Below are positions 57,889 through 64,000 of a stretch of DNA of 64,000 bases, one piece after another (the stretch's first letter is position 1; every line of letters starts with the position of its first letter). The notes beneath the pieces were generated by a model. That model was given only the letters and a program-made list of their open reading frames with translations, did no database searches and was not told where the DNA came from. The DNA comes from Roseibacillus sp. (GTDB lineage Bacteria > Verrucomicrobiota > Verrucomicrobiia > Verrucomicrobiales > Akkermansiaceae), in the NCBI GenBank assembly GCA_051251855.1, contig JBPOGI010000001.1, positions 320,001 to 384,000 of the forward strand. Reading direction: 5' to 3'. Both the position numbers and the translations under genes were made by a program.

Positions 57889-58503
57889 ATGGCAATTGAA
57901 CTTCAAAAAGCAGACGAGATTCCGATCCTGATTCTTCGTCTCTCAGGCATCGTAGAACACCAAGAGCACCAACCTGTCATACCCTTGTTAGAGCGTGAGC
58001 TCGAGGAAGGTGGCTATCGAAATGTGCTGCTCGATATGCGTGACCTGGTTTCTTGGCAACCCTCGGCAGTGTGGGAGGAACTACGCTTCGATGCCGAGCT
58101 ACTTACTCATTTTCAGCGAGTGGCAGTGGTCAGTGACCGGACGCATCATCGTTGGGTCGCGTTTTTTGCAAGGCATCTCTCTTCTGCTGAGATTCGCTCT
58201 TTTCACAGCTCCGATATTGATGCGGCGAAGGAGTGGCTTGTCACTGGAACTCAAGAAGGTGATTCGAAAGAGGATACTGTAACAAGAGCGACTCCCACTC
58301 AGAATGACGGGGATTCCCTGCCTTTACGGAATCAGGAGGTTCTTGAAAATGTGATGCCTTATCGCTGGGGTGCTCTTTCTCTCATTTGGCGGTTGCTCAT
58401 CAATGGGAAGGAAAAGGGCTCAGCGAGGACGAGCCCTTCTCTTGCCGGCGTTTCTGAGCGGAGGTCTCACTCCACGCGGCTTATCCCTTTTCTCGATATC
58501 TAA
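57889..58503 (+). CDS. SpoIIAA-like (STAS/SEC14) domain protein with a C-terminal extension
   Basis: LSG.V, VLLDM..L.SW...AVWEELRF, F.RVAVVSD..W, EIRSF...DIDAAKEWL. Confidence 0.85.
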   Translation: MAIELQKADEIPILILRLSGIVEHQEHQPVIPLLERELEEGGYRNVLLDMRDLVSWQPSAVWEELRFDAELLTHFQRVAVVSDRTHHRWVAFFARHLSSAEIRSFHSSDIDAAKEWLVTGTQEGDSKEDTVTRATPTQNDGDSLPLRNQEVLENVMPYRWGALSLIWRLLINGKEKGSARTSPSLAGVSERRSHSTRLIPFLDI

Positions 58504-58514
58504 CAAACAAAAGA

Positions 58515-59144
58515 ATGAAGACACTAGAACCAAAAGAACAAGTAGACCTCCAACGATTGCACGACAAGTTGGATGAGTTTAAGAATCAGCTCTACATGGA
58601 TCGAGTTACCGTTGCTCAAGAAATGCGACTGCAGCTCAACGAGATGAAGTCCATGGTCGACGAACCATCCTCTCGCAAGCGGCATGATGCTGAGGAAGAA
58701 AGCGTGGCCCTTTATCAACAAGTCGTCTCAGATTTACAGACTCTCGAGTTGAAACTCGATCTTGTCGCGCTCGAAGTAGGAGAAGTTTTTACGGAAAAGA
58801 GAGAGCTCGCCCTGCAGCATTTGGATCAATTGCAGTCCAGCCTAAGGGAAGCCTCGGTCCAGATTCCTGATTCATCAGGCTCGATTCTTTATCAGTTAAG
58901 AATTTGCGCTGAGAAGTTGGAAGACAAGCTGGAGGGCATGCACCTGCACTTATTATTGAATAGTTGCGAGGGGAGTTTGGCTGAAGAGAAAAGGGAGGAG
59001 TTGTCACATGCCATTGACCAGGTGAAGTCAAGCTTGAGTGATTTTCCCAAGGGATTAGCGGTCAAGGGGCGAGGTCTTCGTAGTCGCCTCAAGATACTCT
59101 CCGAGGATGTGAACAATGCGCTCGAACGTTTCCTCGGGCACTAG
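58515..59144 (+). CDS. Hypothetical helical/coiled-coil protein
   Basis: 209-aa L/E/Q-rich ORF 11 nt after the previous stop. Confidence 0.7.
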   Translation: MKTLEPKEQVDLQRLHDKLDEFKNQLYMDRVTVAQEMRLQLNEMKSMVDEPSSRKRHDAEEESVALYQQVVSDLQTLELKLDLVALEVGEVFTEKRELALQHLDQLQSSLREASVQIPDSSGSILYQLRICAEKLEDKLEGMHLHLLLNSCEGSLAEEKREELSHAIDQVKSSLSDFPKGLAVKGRGLRSRLKILSEDVNNALERFLGH

Positions 59145-59302
59145 TAGATTGCGGGGTGGCTTTGCTTCCTTTCAGCGTGGTAGGGAATTTGCTTAGGTGC
59201 CGACACGGCAGTCTCCCAATAGACGGGATCGTGCTTTTGGATAGTCTGCTTAGGGACGGGGGTAGGTAATCTTCCGCTGTTCCAAACCCAACTCTACTAG
59301 CC

Positions 59303-60226
59303 ATGCTTGCCGAATCAAATTCCACCATTGCCGACACTGTTGAGCTCGTTAAGCACCAGAAGATATTTGATCGCCTCAAAGAATCTCCTTTTTTTCAAAG
59401 CTATTGCAGCATCTTTCAGCAGACAACGGGGCTGCCTCTTGAACTCCACTCTCTGAGCGACGAGCATGTTCAAGTCTGTAGCGGTAGCATTAATCAGAAC
59501 CGATTTTGCCAACTATTGAACCAAGGAACCGAGGGCTGTGAGCAATGCCATCTTTCGCAAAAATGCCTTTCGCAAGGCGACGCGAAGTCGCGCGTGCAGT
59601 CCATCACCTGTTTCGCTGGGTTAAGGGAGACCGCCATTCCTCTCATGCTGGGTGGAGTAGTGATTGCCTTACTGAAGACCGGTCAAGTCCTTCATGAACC
59701 GATAACTTCGGTGAACTGGGATCAGGTCTCGAGTCAGTTGGGAGTGGAAGGGGAAGAACTTGCGGAGTTGGCTCAAGCTTACCTCGAGACTCCGGTGATC
59801 GGGGCGGAGAAGTATCGCGCGATGGTAACCCTTCTGGCTGCCTTCTCCTTGCAGTTGAACAAACTCGCCAGTCGTATCGCGTTTGACTTGGAGCAAGAAC
59901 AAGTTGACTTAGTCGAACGAGCGAAGGCTCTCATTGAAGAGCACCTCACCGAGTCGCTGACCTTCAATGATGTCGCTGAGTATCTCAAAATTAGCCCTTT
60001 CTATTTTTGTCGCCGCTTCAAGAAAGAGACCGGAATGACGATGACTCAATACCTCTCGATGCATCGCGTTGAAGTGGCGAAAGAGCTTTTAAGGTCTTCC
60101 AAGTTGCGTGTGACCGATGTCGCATACGAGGTAGGGTTTCAATCGCTCTCTCAGTTCAACCGAAGCTTTCGCAAGTTGACAGGTGTAAGTCCGAGCCAGT
60201 TTAGAAAGGCGAGGGAGTTTGCTTGA
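59303..60226 (+). CDS. AraC-family transcriptional regulator with an N-terminal PocR-type domain
   Basis: FQQTTGLPL, NRFC, CEQCH, CFAGLRETAIP, TGQV; AraC HTH (FCRRFKKETG...RVEVAKELL...VAYEVGFQSLSQFNRSFRK..GVSPSQFR). Confidence 0.94.
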   Translation: MLAESNSTIADTVELVKHQKIFDRLKESPFFQSYCSIFQQTTGLPLELHSLSDEHVQVCSGSINQNRFCQLLNQGTEGCEQCHLSQKCLSQGDAKSRVQSITCFAGLRETAIPLMLGGVVIALLKTGQVLHEPITSVNWDQVSSQLGVEGEELAELAQAYLETPVIGAEKYRAMVTLLAAFSLQLNKLASRIAFDLEQEQVDLVERAKALIEEHLTESLTFNDVAEYLKISPFYFCRRFKKETGMTMTQYLSMHRVEVAKELLRSSKLRVTDVAYEVGFQSLSQFNRSFRKLTGVSPSQFRKAREFA

Positions 60227-60827
60227 AATTGTGCCATTTCAACCAGCATAGAGCGGCAATCCCTCCAACCATATTTGCAATCAGATCCCAACCAGTGTTG
60301 GAATAGTCCCCAACATTGGTCTCCGGGATGAAGAGGGTGGCAATGAACTCGATGACTTCATTGAGGGCTCCCAAACCCATGCCTGCGAAAAATACCAGTA
60401 GGAGGGGACCAATCCTTGGAGTGAGAAGCTGTCCATTTCGGCAGGCGATGATGCTTTTGAGCGAATGCCAGCAGACAAGGGTGGCGATGTAGAAGCCCGA
60501 AGCGTGAACGACCTGATCATATTTTAGAAGATTGGGAATGAGCCAGAGGCTATAGAGCACGCGAATGGGGCCTTCGATTTGCCAACTGGTGGGCACTGGT
60601 AGGATGCCTCCCATCACGTGTAAGAGTCCCCAAACAGCAAGTCCCCATAGTAGAGGGAGCGTGAGACGGACATGACTGTGGAGCAGCGCGGTGACGGCTA
60701 TCATGATCAGCATGACTAAGAGGTAAAAGACGAACTCAAAGTTGTCGGTGAGAATAGCAGTTGCCCCTCCTAGCAACAGATAGCTCGTGGTAAAGAGGAT
60801 GAGAGGGCGAAGAGGTTTGGGGAACAT
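60201..60827 (-). CDS. DUF2238 (YjdF-like) inner membrane protein
   Basis: About 6 TM; NFEFVFY, LLHVMGG, YDQVVH, GALNEVIEF, YSNTGWDLIAN. Confidence 0.8.
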   Translation of the reverse strand: MFPKPLRPLILFTTSYLLLGGATAILTDNFEFVFYLLVMLIMIAVTALLHSHVRLTLPLLWGLAVWGLLHVMGGILPVPTSWQIEGPIRVLYSLWLIPNLLKYDQVVHASGFYIATLVCWHSLKSIIACRNGQLLTPRIGPLLLVFFAGMGLGALNEVIEFIATLFIPETNVGDYSNTGWDLIANMVGGIAALCWLKWHNFKQTPSPF

Positions 60828-60938
60828 AGATTTGGAATCAACGAGGTTTTTAAGAGCGCTCCAAGCAAAGGGAGAGCTCACTCAGTGCGTTGCAGGTTCT
60901 CCTTATACGATTTCGAACGAGGTGAGAGACTCTCGTAA

Positions 60939-61874
60939 TCAAAGGATTTGTCCTTCCGTTCGATATCTTTCCAAGACGGGATCGGGTTTCACCGCGAGAA
61001 TGGAACAATCGCAATCGCGGATGATTCGCTCAACTGTGGTGCCCAGCAAGAGGTTGTGAATCTGAGAACGGCCCCGAGTTCCGACCACGACAAGTGATAT
61101 CTCACGGTCATGGATGAACTTGCTGATGGCGTGACCTGGCCGAGCTTCGTTGAGGATCTGGACTCGCACGGGGAGGTCAGGATAGCTTTTTCGAATCTCG
61201 CCAGCCTCTCTATCCAAGCGGGTCAGACGGTCCTTGTCGAAGTCATCGCCGATGGGAGCTTCAATGAGGTCCGCGCGGTCCCAGAAGGAATAATCTGCAA
61301 GGTGGAGCATGGGGGTGTAGACGTGTAAGATGTGGAGGAGCGCGCTTTGTTCGTAGGCAATTTCGGCTGCCTGATTGATGGCTCTGGTAGCAGTGCGGGA
61401 GAAGTCGGTGGCGACCACGATTTGGTGAAAAGGGTCTTCATGGCTCGGGCGAATGAGGAGGACGCTGACTGGCGCTTTACGGAGACAGTTGGCCGCGATG
61501 GTGCCAATTTGGCTTCCTTTACTTGATTGACCACAACGTCCCAAGACGAGGAGTTTGGCATCAATATCTTCTAGCAGTTGGCAAAGCTCGCGAAAAGGGT
61601 GACCCGTCATTACGTGATATTCGATCTCGTTGAAGAATTCAATCTCGTGAAGGGTGATGCGGCGAAGTTCTTCTTCGACCTTGCTGCGGACGAGAGAAAT
61701 GGTGACCGTGTTCTCGCTCTCACCGGAACTTTCTTCGCTTTTTTCAAAAGGAATGACGTGGGCGACATGGAGCGTTGATTGATGCCAGTTTGCCAGGCGT
61801 GCGGCTTCCCTCAGAGCCGCCAACGAAGCGGAGGAAAAATCGATAGCAACAACGATGGTATTCCAGTTTTTCAT
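60939..61874 (-). CDS. Tandem-domain universal stress protein
   Basis: IVVAIDFSSAS, IVVATDFS, LVVVGTRGRS...LLGTTVERII...CSILAVKP. Confidence 0.94.
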   Translation of the reverse strand: MKNWNTIVVAIDFSSASLAALREAARLANWHQSTLHVAHVIPFEKSEESSGESENTVTISLVRSKVEEELRRITLHEIEFFNEIEYHVMTGHPFRELCQLLEDIDAKLLVLGRCGQSSKGSQIGTIAANCLRKAPVSVLLIRPSHEDPFHQIVVATDFSRTATRAINQAAEIAYEQSALLHILHVYTPMLHLADYSFWDRADLIEAPIGDDFDKDRLTRLDREAGEIRKSYPDLPVRVQILNEARPGHAISKFIHDREISLVVVGTRGRSQIHNLLLGTTVERIIRDCDCSILAVKPDPVLERYRTEGQIL

Positions 61875-61932
61875 AGCTGTAAGGAAGGGGCTGGTCTCAA
61901 TTTTTTAATAAGGTTCTCTTCGTCGTTGGGTG

Positions 61933-63525
61933 CTACTTCGAGAGGGATTCTCTTTCCCGGGCGGCCTTCAGGTCCCTTTCAAGCTTCCGGAAGATGGCCT
62001 GATACTTCGGGAACATCGCTCGACTACCAAAGTCACTTTGAGCGTCCGTCATGATACGGGCGATAATGCGTTCTCTCTCTTCGAAAGGCTGCCGGTAAAA
62101 GGTGAGTGCTTGCTCGATGGCCCAGCGCAAACCGTGGCTCGTGAAATAGTCAAAGACGAATCCGTTTCCGCTCTCTCCTCCGTCCCTCAGGGGCTCGACA
62201 GTATCGTGGAGCCCTCCAGTATTGTGCACGATAGGGATAGTGCCATAGCGGGCCCCAATCATCTGCGGGAGTCCGCAGGGTTCAAAGGAAGAGGGCAGGA
62301 GAACAAAGTCGGCACTTGCGAACGCTTGTCGGGAGAGACGTTCATCGAAGCTTCTAAGCGCAACCCGGTGAGAGATGTCGTGACGCTCGATGATGTCTTG
62401 AAAGTGCTTTTGGTAGCTGCCGTCTCCGATGATGACGAGGTGCAATCCCTCTTCGGTATGAGCATCCAAAGTTTCGTAGAGGATTTCGGTCAGGAGTTGG
62501 CAGCCTTTCTGAATAGGATCCAGACGAGAAGGCCAGAAGAGCATGGGAGCGTCAGGGTTCTCGGGGAGATCGAGCTCTCGCTGAAGCATCATTTTATTGA
62601 AGCGTTTGCTCTCACGGTGGTCATCAACATCATAGCATTTGGCAATGCTTTCATCCTTCCTGGGGTCATAGGAAGAGCTAGGGGTGTTGAGGATTCCCTC
62701 CGCATAACCATACTCCAGTTTAACCGAGAGATCGTGCTGAATGCTGCCTGGGAGCTCACCGAATTTTCCGTGAATCATCTCTTGCAGGAAGGTTGGGCTT
62801 ACAGTGGTGACAAAGTCCGCGTTCAGGATTGCGGAAGAAAGGAGGTCAATGGTGTTGTGATAATAGCTACTCTCGAAGTCATAGGGATAGTTCTCGAAGT
62901 AGAGCTGATGCCAGAAGTCGCGGACATCAATACCTCGGTTTTCGATTTCGGCCAAGGAGGTGCGCTCGCGATGGATATTGTGAATCGTGAAGAGACTCTT
63001 GATGCCTTGTTGGCGGCAGACGGCGGGAATCAGGCTGGTCATCCAATCGTTACAATGAACGATATCGGGCTGAACTTTGGGAATGATGTGATTGATGACT
63101 TCCCGCTGAAAGGCGAGGGAGGCCGTTAGCAATTGTGCGGCATTACCATGGTAAGCGGAGGGTTTATGGTAGAAGGCGCTGTCTTCGGCGAGATGAATAC
63201 GTGAGTTCTCTCGGGGGGGGCTACCTTTCTGGTGATCGTTGCGGAAGAGATCGCGGTAGTGGGGGATGGCGAGATGGACATCGGCTCCGTCATCCGCGAG
63301 GCCCTCCAGAAGGGTCGCAGAGACATCGGCCATTCCGCCGGCCTTGGCGCGAATGGATTGCACACCTTCTCCTAATAAGCTCGGGACCGAAGAGATCTCG
63401 GGGGTGATAAAAAGGATGCGCGGTCGGCCCAGCTCTTTCTGCTGGTTTATTGTTTGCGTTGGTGTGCTTCCATCGCTTGCTACCCTCTCCGGCGAGGAGG
63501 CTAGCTTGTCCAAGTTGGTTGTCAT
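61933..63525 (-). CDS. glgA: Glycogen/starch synthase (GT5)
   Basis: KAGGMAD, DIVHCNDWMT, FTIHN, TVSPT, SRL..QKG, PSSFEPCGLPQM..ARYG, TGGL.DTV. Confidence 0.93.
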   Translation of the reverse strand: MTTNLDKLASSPERVASDGSTPTQTINQQKELGRPRILFITPEISSVPSLLGEGVQSIRAKAGGMADVSATLLEGLADDGADVHLAIPHYRDLFRNDHQKGSPPRENSRIHLAEDSAFYHKPSAYHGNAAQLLTASLAFQREVINHIIPKVQPDIVHCNDWMTSLIPAVCRQQGIKSLFTIHNIHRERTSLAEIENRGIDVRDFWHQLYFENYPYDFESSYYHNTIDLLSSAILNADFVTTVSPTFLQEMIHGKFGELPGSIQHDLSVKLEYGYAEGILNTPSSSYDPRKDESIAKCYDVDDHRESKRFNKMMLQRELDLPENPDAPMLFWPSRLDPIQKGCQLLTEILYETLDAHTEEGLHLVIIGDGSYQKHFQDIIERHDISHRVALRSFDERLSRQAFASADFVLLPSSFEPCGLPQMIGARYGTIPIVHNTGGLHDTVEPLRDGGESGNGFVFDYFTSHGLRWAIEQALTFYRQPFEERERIIARIMTDAQSDFGSRAMFPKYQAIFRKLERDLKAARERESLSK

Positions 63526-63689
63526 GGCTGTTCGGTTTCTTGAGGTTGCTCTTTTGGAGCGTTGAGCGGGGTGGGGGCTGGGAGGTTCTGAGCGGCTACG
63601 GCGGCCAGAAGAAGGAGAGTGATGAGCACAAGCAGAAGCGTCCAGATGAGGTGGGGATGGCCGAAAGTATCCCGCGAGCTTGATTTCAT
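63522..63689 (-). CDS. Small 55-aa single-TM/secreted protein, absent from the ORF track
   Basis: MKSSSRDTFGHPHLIWTLLLVLITLLLLAAVAAQNLPAPTPLNAPKEQPQETEQP*. The TGA overlaps the glgA ATG (ATGA), and a -10-like TAGTCT lies 6 nt upstream. Confidence 0.65.
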   Translation of the reverse strand: MKSSSRDTFGHPHLIWTLLLVLITLLLLAAVAAQNLPAPTPLNAPKEQPQETEQP

Positions 63690-63695
63690 ATTGCC

Positions 63696-63756
63696 AGACT
63701 AGGCTTGATTAACTGAATATCTCAGCATGGTTTGCCACGGGTTGGGCGCCGATTGC
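63696..63756 (-). promoter_or_regulatory. Putative promoter: GCAA-N17-GCAA plus -10 TAGTCT
   Basis: Plus-strand TTGC at 63732 and 63753; AGACTA at 63696-63701. Confidence 0.6.
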
Positions 63757-63839
63757 GAGAAAGGAGAGGAGCACGGTGAGAGGTCTCGCTTTAGAAGAGC
63801 TGTTTTCGCAGTAAGGGCATCTCAATCCGATTGATATTT

Positions 63840-64000
63840 ATGAAAGACGATCCCGAAATTGCTTACTTCTCGATGGAGATTGCACTCCAATCCAAGCTCC
63901 CCACCTATGCCGGTGGTCTCGGAATTCTTGCGGGTGACACCCTTCGATCCGCTGCCGACATGGAGGTGCCGATGTGTGCCGTGACTCTTCTTCATCGTAA
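63840..64000 (+). CDS. glgP: Alpha-glucan (glycogen) phosphorylase, 5' end truncated by the window edge
   Basis: [53 protein letters not shown]; the AYFSME...YxGGLGxLAGD signature. Confidence 0.92.
   Translation, partial: MKDDPEIAYFSMEIALQSKLPTYAGGLGILAGDTLRSAADMEVPMCAVTLLHR

Noticed and set aside
59145..59302. GCAA motif upstream of the AraC regulator itself
   Set aside because: TTGC copies at 59149, 59162 and 59189 are not 21 bp apart and face the wrong way.
59545..59560. CEQCH/CEACH as c-type cytochrome sites
   Set aside because: Both proteins lack export signals, so covalent heme c attachment is unlikely. The motif is kept only as a possible metal site.
61930..63129. 399-aa plus-strand ORF
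   Set aside because: It is an antisense shadow of glgA.

Overview
A gene-dense bacterial chromosome window. The gene content (six sulfatases, PVC-type propeller/heme proteins, DUF1080, giant TPR and vWA proteins, PocR-AraC) suggests a Verrucomicrobiota member; this is inference only. All family calls come from motifs recognised by eye, not from searches. Block 1 (1-28.1 kb): the end of a probable vWA-type gene, a 2327-aa internally duplicated membrane protein, two sulfatases, a lone tRNA-Sec with an apparent 7/5 fold, and a minus-strand operon of giant TPR / coiled-coil / MoxR / DUF58 / BatA-vWA / vWA-GATase-like genes. Block 2 (28.4-49.9 kb): a probable sulfated-carbohydrate cluster with four more sulfatases and three beta-propeller oxidoreductase-like modules coupled to heme c or type-1 copper domains, plus DUF1080, ThuA and SGNH domains. 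Block 3 (50.2-64 kb): nnr, then a stress/storage island with 3 USPs, a P-type ATPase, an L,D-transpeptidase, a SpoIIAA-like protein, glgA, the start of glgP, a Cys-rich PocR-AraC regulator and a stand-alone PocR domain. The best new signal is a GCAA-N17-GCAA direct repeat (exact or one mismatch) upstream of six transcription units of that island. In four of them it sits 34-35 bp upstream of a -10-like hexamer, which suggests an AraC regulon. Also found: a 55-aa membrane ORF missing from the ORF track and coupled to glgA, and several REP-like/dispersed repeats. I saw no CRISPR array, integrase or transposase.
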